A stretch of 64,000 nucleotides of DNA from NCBI GenBank assembly GCA_018400015.1, contig JAGYNB010000003.1, forward strand, positions 5,022-69,021, given 5' to 3'. How positions within the stretch are numbered: the first letter of the stretch is position 1; every line of letters starts with the position of its first letter. Position numbers and translations under genes: made by a program. Source of the stretch: Candidatus Omnitrophota bacterium. GTDB lineage: Bacteria > Omnitrophota > Gorgyraeia > Gygaellales > Gygaellaceae. The notes beneath the pieces are model-generated. The model was not told the origin of the DNA. It worked only from the letters and a program-made list of their open reading frames with translations, and ran no database searches. Below are positions 1-10,139 of the stretch, piece after piece.

Positions 1-345
1 AATAGTTTTTTCATTAATTTTATCTTTAATGTTAGCGATTATTTTACTTAATACATCACTATTGGCTTTTAATAAATCTTCCCTGCTCATACCCGGTTTT
101 CTCGGAAAACCTGCGGTGATCACTATAATCGATGAATCTTTAACTAAAGAATAATCGTCAGTTCCGATAATCTTGGATTTGCTTTTTAGGATGGCGTTTG
201 AATCTTCAATATCAAACTGTTTTGCTATTGCCAAATTTTTATTGATGTCTAGAAGTATACAGTCGGCTATGGATGCATTAACCACTCTTGCAGCGGTTAA
301 ACCGCCGACATTACCAGCACCGATAACAGTGACTTTAGGCAGCAT
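1..345 (-). CDS. mdh: malate dehydrogenase (LDH/MDH family), N-terminal part; runs off the window
   Basis: Not in the ORF track; read manually as [15 protein letters not shown]...[19 protein letters not shown] (GxGxxG plus the MDH-type PRKPGMSR loop). ATG at 345 overlaps the icd end. Confidence 0.9.
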   Translation of the reverse strand, partial: MLPKVTVIGAGNVGGLTAARVVNASIADCILLDINKNLAIAKQFDIEDSNAILKSKSKIIGTDDYSLVKDSSIIVITAGFPRKPGMSREDLLKANSDVLSKIIANIKDKINEKTI

Positions 346-1426
346 TTTTTATCTTGTTTATTATTGCGTCAGCCATTTCACTTGTACCTACAGCTGAGGG
401 GTCGTTTCTGTCAGACTTTAAATCATAGGTTACGAATTTACCTTCTTTTATCACATCACTAACTGCTTTTTCTAACTTTTTGGCCGCTTCATGTTCCTTT
501 AGGTGATGCAGCATTAAAACGCCGGAAAGTATAGTAGCGGTGGGATTTACCTTGTTTAACCCTGCGTATTTAGGTGCCGCACCGTGTACAGGCTCAAAAA
601 GTGCAATCTCATCGCCGATATTCGCACCCGGCGCTACCCCTAAACCACCTACAAGACCAGCGCATAAATCAGATATTATATCGCCATAAAGATTGGGTAA
701 AACCAAACAATCAAAATTATCCGGCTTCTTAACAAGCTGCATACACATATTATCAACTATCACGTCGTTAAACTCGATCTTGCCAGAATACTTCTTGGCA
801 ACATTTCTGGCGACATCCAAAAATAATCCGTCAGTATGCTTCATAATATTCGCCTTATGGACTGCGGTTACTTTCTTGCGGTTATTTTCAATAGCATATT
901 TAAAAGCAAATTCGAATATCCTCTCTGTGGCAAATACCGATATCGGCTTTATGGAAATCCCCGAGTCATTTCTTATCTGCTTACTTTGTTTTTTATTTAT
1001 AAACTCGATCAGTTCTTTTGTATCGGGTTTTTCTTTTTCGAACTCTACGCCTATATAAAGGTCCTCTGAATTTTCCCTGAATATCACAAGGTCAATGTCT
1101 TTATATCTTGATGAAACACCTTCATAAGTTTTTACCGGTCTTAAACAGCAAAACAGATCCAGGTCATGGCGCATTTTAACATTTACTGAACGAAAACCTT
1201 TACCCACAGGAGTTATGATAGGTCCTTTTATAGCAATTTTATTCCTTCTTATTGACTCAATTGTCTCATCAGGTAAAGGTGTACCGTATTTTTCAATAAC
1301 GCTTTCACCTGCGGGGCGTTCATCCCAATCGATATTGACACCTGTTGCATCAATACATCTTCTTGCGGCAAGAGCAACTTCCGGCCCCATACCATCACCA
1401 GGTATAAAAGTAATTTTGTATTTCAT
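335..1426 (-). CDS. icd: isocitrate dehydrogenase (isocitrate/isopropylmalate DH family), probably NADP-dependent
   Basis: [19 protein letters not shown] (S-x-N, isocitrate type), [25 protein letters not shown]. Confidence 0.8.
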   Translation of the reverse strand: MKYKITFIPGDGMGPEVALAARRCIDATGVNIDWDERPAGESVIEKYGTPLPDETIESIRRNKIAIKGPIITPVGKGFRSVNVKMRHDLDLFCCLRPVKTYEGVSSRYKDIDLVIFRENSEDLYIGVEFEKEKPDTKELIEFINKKQSKQIRNDSGISIKPISVFATERIFEFAFKYAIENNRKKVTAVHKANIMKHTDGLFLDVARNVAKKYSGKIEFNDVIVDNMCMQLVKKPDNFDCLVLPNLYGDIISDLCAGLVGGLGVAPGANIGDEIALFEPVHGAAPKYAGLNKVNPTATILSGVLMLHHLKEHEAAKKLEKAVSDVIKEGKFVTYDLKSDRNDPSAVGTSEMADAIINKIKNAA

Positions 1427-1926
1427 TATAATTTTATGCCTTTATTTTTCTTCACGTGACTCACCAGACCGCCATCTTTTAATAACTTTTGCATGATGAC
1501 GGGAAGAGAGTTGGTTGAAAGTGAAAATTGTTTTGAAACATCTTTTAAGGTTGAGCTATTCAAATCTATCGAAAGTTTATCTTTGTCTTTTATTTTTCTC
1601 GTATCGGCTTCTACTAAAGGAAGACCAATATTGATTGCATTACGATAAAATATCCTCGCAAAATTAACCGCCACAACACAGATTATTCCTGACTCTTTTA
1701 TAACCAACGGCGCCTGTTCTCTAGAAGAGCCGCAACCAAAGTTTTCACCGGCAACAAGGATTGATTTTCCAGGAGTAATTTTTGCGGGAAAATCCTCGTC
1801 GATATCTTCAAAGATATGCTTGGACAGCTCCTTCATGTCGGTTATGGCAAACTTATACCTTCCTGAAATAATCCAATCTGTATTAATGTTATCGCCTAAT
1901 TTTATTGCGCGTCCTTTTAATATCAT
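1426..1926 (-). CDS. leuD: LeuD/HacB-type dehydratase small subunit (aconitase swivel domain)
   Basis: [37 protein letters not shown]. Confidence 0.85.
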   Translation of the reverse strand: MILKGRAIKLGDNINTDWIISGRYKFAITDMKELSKHIFEDIDEDFPAKITPGKSILVAGENFGCGSSREQAPLVIKESGIICVVAVNFARIFYRNAINIGLPLVEADTRKIKDKDKLSIDLNSSTLKDVSKQFSLSTNSLPVIMQKLLKDGGLVSHVKKNKGIKL

Positions 1927-2969
1927 AATGACTTGAATTCCTGCGGGTTTTTCACTTTTACAATTGCATCTTCAAAGGTAATTACTCCCTTTTGATAAAG
2001 TTCTTTTAATGATTTATCCATAGGTTTCATGCCGTGCTGAGCGCCGGTTTGTATTATTGTAGGCATCTGTTCGATTTCCTGTTCGCGGATCAGATTTCTG
2101 ATAGCCGGCGTAGCAGTTAAAATTTCCGTTGCTAAAACCCTGCCTGTTCCGGAAGCGTGAGGAATAAGTATCTGAGAAACTATACCCTGTAAACAATCTG
2201 CCAACTGCAGTTTTATCTGCTGCTGTTGATGCGGCGGGAAAACATCAATAATTCTTTGTATGGTTTGTGGCGCATCAGGAGTATGAAGCGTTGCTAAAAC
2301 CAAGTGTCCTGTTTCAGCTGCTGTTAAAGTTGTGGAAATCGTTTCTAGATCCCGCATCTCTCCTACAACGATAACATCCGGATCCTGTCTTAAAGCATGC
2401 TTTAAACTATCAGCAAAAGAATGTGTATCAGAATATACCTCACGCTGTTTTATAACTGAGCGCTTGTTCACATGAATAAACTCAATTGGGTCTTCAATAC
2501 ATGTAATCATACAATCTCTTTCGCTGTTGATTAACTCAATCATTGCAGCCAAAGTAGTAGTTTTACCTACACCTGTAGGACCTGTTACTAACACCAAACC
2601 ATTGGGTTTTCTCGCTAGGTCTGCTAGAATCGAAGGTAATCCTAAATCAATAAAACTGGGGATCTGTAAAGGAATTCTTCTAAAGGCTGCTTCTACGCTG
2701 CCTTTTTGGATATGAACGTTTACGCGGAAGCGGTCTGTTTTAGGCAATGCAAGTGAAAAATCAAGCTCCAGATCTCTTTCAAAAATTTCTTTCTGCGTAT
2801 TGGTAAGAATGCTGTAAATGATTGACTTGGTGTCTTCTTTTTTTAGAACAGGAAAATTCGTTCTTATAAGCTTGCCGTCGATTCTTATGATTGGCGGTTC
2901 GTTTACAGTGATGTGTAAATCCGATGCTCCTTTATCTACTGTCAACATCAACAATTCTCTTAAATCCAT
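1923..2969 (-). CDS. pilT: type IV pilus retraction ATPase PilT
   Basis: ASDLH, Walker A GPTGVGKTTT, IEDPIE, DPDVIVVGEMRD, GHLVLATLHT and the PilT-specific AIRNLIRE. Start set at MDLREL, which follows AAGGAG. Confidence 0.93.
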   Translation of the reverse strand: MDLRELLMLTVDKGASDLHITVNEPPIIRIDGKLIRTNFPVLKKEDTKSIIYSILTNTQKEIFERDLELDFSLALPKTDRFRVNVHIQKGSVEAAFRRIPLQIPSFIDLGLPSILADLARKPNGLVLVTGPTGVGKTTTLAAMIELINSERDCMITCIEDPIEFIHVNKRSVIKQREVYSDTHSFADSLKHALRQDPDVIVVGEMRDLETISTTLTAAETGHLVLATLHTPDAPQTIQRIIDVFPPHQQQQIKLQLADCLQGIVSQILIPHASGTGRVLATEILTATPAIRNLIREQEIEQMPTIIQTGAQHGMKPMDKSLKELYQKGVITFEDAIVKVKNPQEFKSL

Positions 2970-2983
2970 TCTTTCTCCTTTTT

Positions 2984-4237
2984 TTATAAATATGCTTTCG
3001 GGCTGGTTATCTTGCCCTTCAAACATGAAGCAGCTACAGTGGCCGGAGACGCTAAATAAATGTTAGCTTTAGGATTTCCCATCCTGCCTTTAAAATTTCT
3101 GTTTGCTGTTGATATAACAGTTTCATTGTCAGCTGGAACGCCTGCGTGCGTTCCTACGCATGGACCACAACCGGGATTTATAACACTGGCATTGCTCTTT
3201 ATAAACGTCTCGATGTAGCCTTTTTTTAATGCCTCGAAATAAATCTTGCGTGATGCCGGCGCAATAATTAATTTTATTCCCGGCTTAATAACCTTACCTT
3301 TTAATATTTTAGCAGCAATTGCCAAATCTTCAAGCCGCCCGTTTGTGCAAGTACCAATAAAACCCTGATCGATTTTCACTTTTGAAAGCTTATCTACGCT
3401 TACGCCATTGCCCGGGCTATGCGGTTTAGCAACAACCGGCGTTAGTTGTGATAAATCAAATTTAAATGTTTTCTCATATACTGCGGTTTTATCAGCATAA
3501 ACAGGTTTTAATTTCTTATTAAAATGTTTCTTCATCCATTTTAAAGTTTTTTTATCCACGGGTATAATTCCGGCTTTAGCGCCCATTTCAACCGCCATAT
3601 TGCTTATCGTAAATCTGCCGGCCATATCCAAACCATCTATCACGCTGCCATAAAACTCAATTGCTTTATATGTGGCTGCATTAATTCCCAATTTTGTAAT
3701 TAAAAATAAAATCACATCTTTGGCAAAAACCTCTTTTTTTAATTTTCCGGTTAATGTTATTTTGATAGTTTCAGGTACCTTAAACCAGTTTTTTCCTGTT
3801 GCTAAAGTCATTGCCAGGTCTGTTGAACCCACTCCGCTTGCAAAAACGCCTAAAGCGCCATATGTGCAAGTATGTGAATCAGCCCCTAAAACCAAGTTGC
3901 CAGGCAAAACCAAGCCAGACTCTGGTATAACTTGATGACACACGCCTTCTGAAATATCAAAGAATCTTGTATTAAATTCTTTGGCAAAACTACGCATGCG
4001 TTTGTGGACCGCAGAGACTTTCATATTAGGTGATGGTGAGCTATGGTCGATAACCATAGCGAATTTAGAACGGTTTTTTAATGATTTTAACCCCAATTCT
4101 TTAATTCTATCAATAATGATATTGCTTGTGCCGTCCTGGCCAAAACAGAAATCAACATCGCATACGGCATAATCTCCCGCTTTGACATTCTTTTTACAGT
4201 GTGCACTAAGAATTTTTTCTACAATTGTCGAAGCCAT
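2984..4237 (-). CDS. leuC: LeuC/HacA-type [4Fe-4S] dehydratase large subunit
   Basis: GADSHTCTYG, GTCTNGR, PGCGPCVG, STANRNFKGRMG. Confidence 0.85.
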   Translation of the reverse strand: MASTIVEKILSAHCKKNVKAGDYAVCDVDFCFGQDGTSNIIIDRIKELGLKSLKNRSKFAMVIDHSSPSPNMKVSAVHKRMRSFAKEFNTRFFDISEGVCHQVIPESGLVLPGNLVLGADSHTCTYGALGVFASGVGSTDLAMTLATGKNWFKVPETIKITLTGKLKKEVFAKDVILFLITKLGINAATYKAIEFYGSVIDGLDMAGRFTISNMAVEMGAKAGIIPVDKKTLKWMKKHFNKKLKPVYADKTAVYEKTFKFDLSQLTPVVAKPHSPGNGVSVDKLSKVKIDQGFIGTCTNGRLEDLAIAAKILKGKVIKPGIKLIIAPASRKIYFEALKKGYIETFIKSNASVINPGCGPCVGTHAGVPADNETVISTANRNFKGRMGNPKANIYLASPATVAASCLKGKITSPKAYL

Positions 4238-5382
4238 TTTTCTAACCTGTCCATACCTTCATCGATTGTTTGTAAGCCGCAGGCAAAACTCATGCGGATA
4301 AATCTACTATCGCCAAAAGCCTCTCCCGGCACCACAGCAAGGCCCGCTTCATCAAGTACTTTATTTGAAAATTCCAGGCCGGATAGCTTAGATTTGGATA
4401 TATCAGCAAAAACATAAAATGCGCCCTGTGGATTAAAACACGAAATAATCGGCATTTTCTTAATCCTTGAAATAATCTTGTCTCTTCTTTGCTGAAAAGT
4501 AGAAGCTATTCTTTCAATAAAATCTGACTTAGCTGTCAATGCTTCTAAGCTTGCCATCTGACTTATGGAACATGGATTTGAAGTTGAGTGTGCCTGGATC
4601 ATATTTATTTTCGTAACGATTTCTGCAGGACCAGCAAGATAGCCTATTCTCCAGCCGGTCATGGAAAAAGATTTAGATACCCCGTTTACTGTAAAAGTAA
4701 GGTTGTAAATCTCTTCATTAGTTGAAGCAATAGAAAAATGCTTCCTATTGTCGAATATAATTTTCTCATATATTTCATCGCTGATAACAAAAATATGATT
4801 TTCTACGCATATCTTTGCGATTTCTCTGATCTCATTTTCTTCATATACGGCACCGGTCGGATTCGACGGTGAGTTAAGGATCAGCAATTTAGTATTTTTA
4901 TTAATCGATTCTTTTAAAACACTTGCTGTAACCTTAAAAGAATCCTTCATGCTGGTTTGAATAAACTTTGATTTTGCGCCGGCAAGCGTGACCATTTCCG
5001 GGTAGCTTACCCAATAAGGACTGGGGATTAGAACTTCCTGGTCTGTATCTATTACAGCCTGCAAAATATTATAAAGCGCGTGCTTTGCACCGCAGGTAAT
5101 TACTATTTGGTTGGGTTGATAGATAAGATTATTATCTTTTTTGAACTTGTCGCAGATTGCCTCTTTAAGTTTGGGCATTCCGCTTGCGGGAGTGTATTTT
5201 GTAAAACCTTCTTGAATAGATTCAATCGCCCTTTTCTTTATAAAATCAGGCGTATCAAAATCAGGTTCTCCTGCGGCAAAATTAATTATACTTTTACCTT
5301 CAGCAGCTAATTTCTTTGCGCGGGAGTTGATGCTTAGTGTTAATGAAGGATTTATTCCTAAAACTCTTTTTGCAAATTGCAT
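4219..5382 (-). CDS. aspC: PLP-dependent class I aminotransferase (aspartate aminotransferase)
   Basis: GEPDFDTP, LNSPSNPTG, SDEIYE, GVSKSFSMTGWRIGY. Confidence 0.88.
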   Translation of the reverse strand: MQFAKRVLGINPSLTLSINSRAKKLAAEGKSIINFAAGEPDFDTPDFIKKRAIESIQEGFTKYTPASGMPKLKEAICDKFKKDNNLIYQPNQIVITCGAKHALYNILQAVIDTDQEVLIPSPYWVSYPEMVTLAGAKSKFIQTSMKDSFKVTASVLKESINKNTKLLILNSPSNPTGAVYEENEIREIAKICVENHIFVISDEIYEKIIFDNRKHFSIASTNEEIYNLTFTVNGVSKSFSMTGWRIGYLAGPAEIVTKINMIQAHSTSNPCSISQMASLEALTAKSDFIERIASTFQQRRDKIISRIKKMPIISCFNPQGAFYVFADISKSKLSGLEFSNKVLDEAGLAVVPGEAFGDSRFIRMSFACGLQTIDEGMDRLEKWLRQL

Positions 5383-5406
5383 CTTTTTTAAAGGTTTTAG
5401 ACGCCG

Positions 5407-5988
5407 CTATTCGGTATTATGTTTCTTCTTGTTAAATAGTTTCTTTATGCCACCTAAGAATTTCTTATCCTGTTTGGATTCTTGTTTGGTTTTTTTAGTC
5501 TCTTGCTTATTTTTTGATTCTTTAACCGGCTTCTGTTGCTCAATATGCTTATCTTCCTGCGTCTTTTTCGTTTCTTTTATAGGTTCATCTTTTTTTGCCG
5601 GTTTTTCTTTTTGGATCTTAACTGCTTTTTCTACTCTTTTAGTAAGTTCAAAAATAACCGTTTTTGCGCAATCACCGCGTCTTGTGCCTATATTTATTAT
5701 CCTGGTGTAACCACCTTGAATATCTTTAAACCGAGGACCGATTTCTTTAAATAATCTTTGGACTAACTTATGGTCGCAAAGAATTTTATAAGCCCTTCTT
5801 TTGGCAGTTAATTCATCTTTTTTCGCCAGGTTAATTAGCCTTTCAGCCAATCCTTGAGCTGCCTTTGCCTTAGCTTTAGTAGTGGTTATCCTTTCACGGA
5901 TAACCAAAGCCCTTACTAAAGAATTTACGGTGGCAACCCTCCAGGATGTAAACCTGCTTATTCTGTTGCGTGATAGTTTATGTCTCAT
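5407..5988 (-). CDS. rplQ: 50S ribosomal protein bL17 with a C-terminal extension of about 75 aa
   Basis: MRHK..., ITTTKAKAK, GGYTRI, RRGD; lies downstream of rpoA. Confidence 0.95.
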   Translation of the reverse strand: MRHKLSRNRISRFTSWRVATVNSLVRALVIRERITTTKAKAKAAQGLAERLINLAKKDELTAKRRAYKILCDHKLVQRLFKEIGPRFKDIQGGYTRIINIGTRRGDCAKTVIFELTKRVEKAVKIQKEKPAKKDEPIKETKKTQEDKHIEQQKPVKESKNKQETKKTKQESKQDKKFLGGIKKLFNKKKHNTE

Positions 5989-5992
5989 GATC

Positions 5993-6988
5993 TTATTTCA
6001 TTTGCTTTAGTTTTTTCTTGTCAATCTGCATGCCCAAGTGAAGATTTAAACTGACAATAAGCTGTTTAATTTCAGTCAGAGATTTCTTTCCAAAATTCCT
6101 AAAGTTCAACAACTCTTCTTCAGTTTTACTTACCAAATCGGAAATCGTTTTAATCTTTGCTTCTCTTAAACAGTTGGCGCTTCTTACAGAAAGCTCTAGC
6201 TCCGAAACAGGAAGTCTAAGCTTTTCATAAATTGCGATTTCCGCAGGTGACATACTATCTTCTTCTTCCTCTTCTTCTTCTGGAAGCTGTCCGAAATTCA
6301 CAAAAACATCCAAGTGTCTTTGTAATATATTGGAGGCATACAAAAGTGCATCTTTCGGCGTTAAACTGCCGTTTGTGAATATCTCCAAAATCAATTTATC
6401 ATAATCCGTACGCTGTCCAACGCGTGTATTTTCAGCTGAATAGTTAACTTTTACTATCGGGCTGAACAAGGAATCTAAAGCAATTGTACCAACGGTAAAG
6501 TTTTCCTTTTTGTTCGCTTCAGCTGGAACATAACCTCGTCCTTTGGCAATAAAAATCTCCATATTGAATTTGGAGTCTTTTGTCAACGTAGCTATATGTA
6601 AATCTTTATTGATTACTTCCACGGTATCATCACAGATGATATCTTTTGCTTTTATTTCGCCTTCCTTTGTCTTTTTAATATAGATTGACTTCACTGCCTT
6701 TGAATGACATCTAACAATGAGTTTTTTTACATTCAGACAAATTTCCGTAACATCCTCCAGAACATTAGGAATAGTTGAGAACTCATGGGATACGCCATCA
6801 ATTTTTATCCCAATAGGCGCTGCTCCTTCAATTGATGAAAGAATTACCCTTCTTAACGAATTGCCTAATGTAATGCCAAATCCTCTTTCAAAAGGTTCAG
6901 CAATGAATTTGCCGTATGTTTGCGTCAAACTTGCTTCATCGCATTCTAATCTTTTCGGCATTTGAAAATCACGCCATTTAATCCCCAT
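5993..6988 (-). CDS. rpoA: RNA polymerase alpha subunit
   Basis: EPFERGFGITLGNSLRR, ELELSVRSANCL, NFGKKSLTEI. Confidence 0.98.
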   Translation of the reverse strand: MGIKWRDFQMPKRLECDEASLTQTYGKFIAEPFERGFGITLGNSLRRVILSSIEGAAPIGIKIDGVSHEFSTIPNVLEDVTEICLNVKKLIVRCHSKAVKSIYIKKTKEGEIKAKDIICDDTVEVINKDLHIATLTKDSKFNMEIFIAKGRGYVPAEANKKENFTVGTIALDSLFSPIVKVNYSAENTRVGQRTDYDKLILEIFTNGSLTPKDALLYASNILQRHLDVFVNFGQLPEEEEEEEDSMSPAEIAIYEKLRLPVSELELSVRSANCLREAKIKTISDLVSKTEEELLNFRNFGKKSLTEIKQLIVSLNLHLGMQIDKKKLKQMK

Positions 6989-7000
6989 TTTTCCTCCTGA

Positions 7001-7627
7001 TTATTTTGAATACAACTCTACGATTAACTGTTCGTTTATCGGTATAGATACATCTTCTCTCGTTGGCAATCTTACAACCTTTAAATTATGCACACCTTCC
7101 TCAACCTTGATCCAAGAAGGTTTTTCAAAGGTCTTGGTAAATTCCCTGTTGTCTGTAACAACTTTTTTTATTTTATCTTTATTGCAAACAGAGATTTCGT
7201 CGCCAGTTTTTACTAAATATGATGGGATATTTACTTTCTTGGAATTGACAAGAATATGATTGTGTCTTACAATCTGTCTGGCATTTTTTCTTGACTGTGC
7301 AAAACCAGCCCTAAAAACTACATTATCCAGGCGTCTTTCCAATATCTGCAAAAGAATCTCGCCAGTAATACCTTTTTTCTTTGCCGCAACACTAAAATAT
7401 CCCCTGAACTGACTCTCTAAAACACCGTACATTCTTTTCACTTTTTGTTTTTCCCTAAGCTGCATTCCATAGTTGGAAAGTTTAGTTCTTCTTGCTCCGT
7501 GCTGACCAGGAGCAGTTTCTCTTTTTGCCAATGCACATTTTTCAGTTGTACATCTGGTACCTTTTAAGAAAAGTTTTGTACCTTCCCTTCTGCAAAGCCT
7601 ACAAGCTGCACCTATATATCTTGCCAT
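7001..7627 (-). CDS. rpsD: 30S ribosomal protein uS4 (Zn-binding type)
   Basis: [37 protein letters not shown]. Confidence 0.98.
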   Translation of the reverse strand: MARYIGAACRLCRREGTKLFLKGTRCTTEKCALAKRETAPGQHGARRTKLSNYGMQLREKQKVKRMYGVLESQFRGYFSVAAKKKGITGEILLQILERRLDNVVFRAGFAQSRKNARQIVRHNHILVNSKKVNIPSYLVKTGDEISVCNKDKIKKVVTDNREFTKTFEKPSWIKVEEGVHNLKVVRLPTREDVSIPINEQLIVELYSK

Positions 7628-7630
7628 ATC

Positions 7631-8020
7631 TTAAACCCTTCTTTTCTTCTTTGGTCTACACCCATTATGAGGAATAGGTGTGATATCTTTTATCATTGTG
7701 ACAGCAATTCCATTTGCCTGAATTGCCCTTATTGCCGATTCCCTGCCGGAACCCGGTCCTTTTACGTATATCTCGACCTCTTTTAAACCGTACTCTTTTG
7801 CCTTTTTGGCTGCGTTACTGGCTGCGACCTGAGCTGCAAAAGGGGTGGATTTCTTACCGCCACTAAAACCTACCATTCCCGGTGTTGCATATGAAAGAGT
7901 ATTACCTTGTTTATCGCTGATAGTAATTATGGTATTGTTAAAAGTCGCTTGTATATGAACAACACCATTAGGTACATTTAAATGCTTTTTCTTCTTTTTT
8001 GATTTAACCTTCTTAACCAT
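7631..8020 (-). CDS. rpsK: 30S ribosomal protein uS11
   Basis: [24 protein letters not shown]. Confidence 0.98.
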   Translation of the reverse strand: MVKKVKSKKKKKHLNVPNGVVHIQATFNNTIITISDKQGNTLSYATPGMVGFSGGKKSTPFAAQVAASNAAKKAKEYGLKEVEIYVKGPGSGRESAIRAIQANGIAVTMIKDITPIPHNGCRPKKKRRV

Positions 8021-8032
8021 AGAATTCCTTTT

Positions 8033-8410
8033 TTATTTTTCTTTTTTGAAAATATTGGTTGTAGATCTTCTCTTTCCTTTACGAGTCCTGGCATTTGTTT
8101 TTGTTCTCTGCCCCCTTACCGGTAAGCCTCTTTTATGACGATAACCTCTATAAGCGCCGATATCCATAAGCCTTTTAACATTTGCAGAAATCTGACGCCT
8201 TAAATCACCCTCAACACTGAATTTCTTTTGTAAAACATGCGTGATCTTTGAAACTTCTTCCTCGCTTAGATCTTTTGCCCGCTTATCAACAGGAATACCC
8301 GCATCTTCTAAAACCTTTTTAGATAAATGCGGTCCTATACCGTAGAGATAGGTTAAAGATACATCAATTCTTTTTTCCTTTGGTAAGTCAACACCTAAAA
8401 TTCTTGGCAT
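8033..8410 (-). CDS. rpsM: 30S ribosomal protein uS13
   Basis: [26 protein letters not shown]. Confidence 0.98.
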   Translation of the reverse strand: MPRILGVDLPKEKRIDVSLTYLYGIGPHLSKKVLEDAGIPVDKRAKDLSEEEVSKITHVLQKKFSVEGDLRRQISANVKRLMDIGAYRGYRHKRGLPVRGQRTKTNARTRKGKRRSTTNIFKKEK

Positions 8411-8425
8411 AATAATACCTTCCTT

Positions 8426-8539
8426 TTATCCTTGACGCTGTTTATGTTTTGGATTGGTACAGATTACCCTTAAAACACCGTGTCTGCGGATAATTTTACA
8501 ATTGTCACAAATTTTCTTTACAGATGATTTTACTTTCAT
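8426..8539 (-). CDS. rpmJ: 50S ribosomal protein bL36 (Zn ribbon)
   Basis: Below the ORF-track cutoff; reads [37 protein letters not shown]. Confidence 0.97.
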   Translation of the reverse strand: MKVKSSVKKICDNCKIIRRHGVLRVICTNPKHKQRQG

Positions 8540-8540
8540 T

Positions 8541-8756
8541 TTATTTTATCCTGTATGTAATTCTTCCGCGCGTCAAATCGTATGGAGAAAGCTGCACCTT
8601 GACTTTATCGCCGGGAAGTATCCTAATAAAATGCATCCTTATCTTTCCGGAAACATGCGCTAACACCTTATGTCCATTGTCTAACTCTATCCTGAACATC
8701 CCATTGGCCAGCGCTTCTTTTACAACTCCTTCAACCTCTATAAGTTCTTCTTTCAT
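8541..8756 (-). CDS. infA: translation initiation factor IF-1
   Basis: [29 protein letters not shown]. Confidence 0.98.
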   Translation of the reverse strand: MKEELIEVEGVVKEALANGMFRIELDNGHKVLAHVSGKIRMHFIRILPGDKVKVQLSPYDLTRGRITYRIK

Positions 8757-9502
8757 TAAAAATTAGTTAGTATTTCTGGTTTGTCTTCGGTAACGGCAAC
8801 TGTATTTTCAAAATGTGCTGAGATTTCACCATCTGCCGTTACTGCCGTCCATTTATTACCCAGTATCTTAGTCTGCCATGTACCTGCATTTACCATCGGT
8901 TCTATAGCCAATACCATTCCTTTTTTCAGAACCGCTCCCAAACCTTTTTTCCCGAAATTGGGAATTTCCGGTTGCTCGTGAAGGCTTCTACCAATTCCAT
9001 GACCAACATATTCCCTGACAACGGAAAAACCGTTACTTTCTACAAAATCTTGTATGGCATAGGAGATATCCTGTAAATTATTACCTTCTCTTGCCTGAGC
9101 TGTTCCTATTTCTAAAGCTTGCTTAGTAACATCTATAATCTTGGCTTTTTTGCTGTCTATCTTACCAATGGCAATGGTTCTGGCCATATCGGCAAAAAAA
9201 CCATTTTTCTCAATTCCGATATCTAAACTAACAATATCCCCTTCTTTAATGGCCTTTTCTGAAGGAATTCCATGAACTATTTCTTCGTTTACGGAAATAC
9301 AACTACAGGCAGGATATCCATGATACCCTTTAAACGCAGCCCTAACATTTTGCTCAAAGATCAAGTTTGCTACTTCTTTTTCAATATCCAAAGTTGTCAT
9401 TCCCGGCTTAATTCTTCCGGTTACAGCTTGAAATATCTCAGCTAATATTCTACAAGCTTCACGCTGAAGTTGCAGCTCTGGAGGTGTTTTTATTATAATC
9501 AT
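8756..9502 (-). CDS. map: methionine aminopeptidase type I
   Basis: [32 protein letters not shown]. Confidence 0.96.
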   Translation of the reverse strand: MIIIKTPPELQLQREACRILAEIFQAVTGRIKPGMTTLDIEKEVANLIFEQNVRAAFKGYHGYPACSCISVNEEIVHGIPSEKAIKEGDIVSLDIGIEKNGFFADMARTIAIGKIDSKKAKIIDVTKQALEIGTAQAREGNNLQDISYAIQDFVESNGFSVVREYVGHGIGRSLHEQPEIPNFGKKGLGAVLKKGMVLAIEPMVNAGTWQTKILGNKWTAVTADGEISAHFENTVAVTEDKPEILTNF

Positions 9503-10139
9503 TAACCAAATCTAAAATTTCTTTATAAACAATATCTGCATCGTGATTAGCATCGAGACTTATAAATTTCTTATTTTCCTGGTAAAACTTCATTAAAGCA
9601 GCATTTTCTTTTGTATAAACATCCAATCTCTTTTTAATCGTCTCTTCTTTATCGTCCGCTCTTTGATAAAGCTCTCCTTGACAATGATCACAAACGCCCT
9701 CGATTTTAGCAGGCATATTCTTTATATGGAATATCGCCCCGCATTTTTTACAGACCCTTCTCCCGCAAAGACGCTGAATAACCACATCTTCAGTTGTTTC
9801 AAGATTAATTACTGTATCAACGCTCTTATTATTTTCGTTTAAGATTTTGTCAAGGCTTTTGGCCTGATTGATATTTCTCGGGAATCCATCGAAAATAATT
9901 CCTCTTTCAGCATCCTTTTGTTTAATTCGCTGATCGATCAACCCTATTACCAGCTCATCCGGAACAAGTTGACCCTTCTGCATATATTCTCTGGCTTTTT
10001 TACCAAGATCGGTTTCATTTTTAACAGCTTCTCTTAACATATCGCCAGTTGAAATATGCGCGAAAGAAAGCTCCTTGCTCAACTTAACTGACTGAGTGCC
10101 TTTACCAGAACCAGGAGCGCCAAGAATAATTAAGTTCAT
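9459..10139 (-). CDS. adk: adenylate kinase (Zn-lid type)
   Basis: GAPGSGKGTQ, DGFPR, lid CKKC...CDHC. Confidence 0.97.
   Translation of the reverse strand: MNLIILGAPGSGKGTQSVKLSKELSFAHISTGDMLREAVKNETDLGKKAREYMQKGQLVPDELVIGLIDQRIKQKDAERGIIFDGFPRNINQAKSLDKILNENNKSVDTVINLETTEDVVIQRLCGRRVCKKCGAIFHIKNMPAKIEGVCDHCQGELYQRADDKEETIKKRLDVYTKENAALMKFYQENKKFISLDANHDADIVYKEILDLVNDYNKNTSRAATSA

Noticed and set aside
335-1426. Calling the dehydrogenase leuB because it neighbours leuCD-like genes
   Set aside because: The substrate loop RSVN and the PKY coenzyme motif match isocitrate dehydrogenase.
2970-3026. N-terminal extension of PilT in the ORF track
   Set aside because: It overlaps the leuC end, and a good SD precedes ATG 2969.
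6255-6285. TCT/TCC triplet run in rpoA
   Set aside because: It encodes the acidic linker (EEEEEEED) between the alpha NTD and CTD and is not an independent repeat element.
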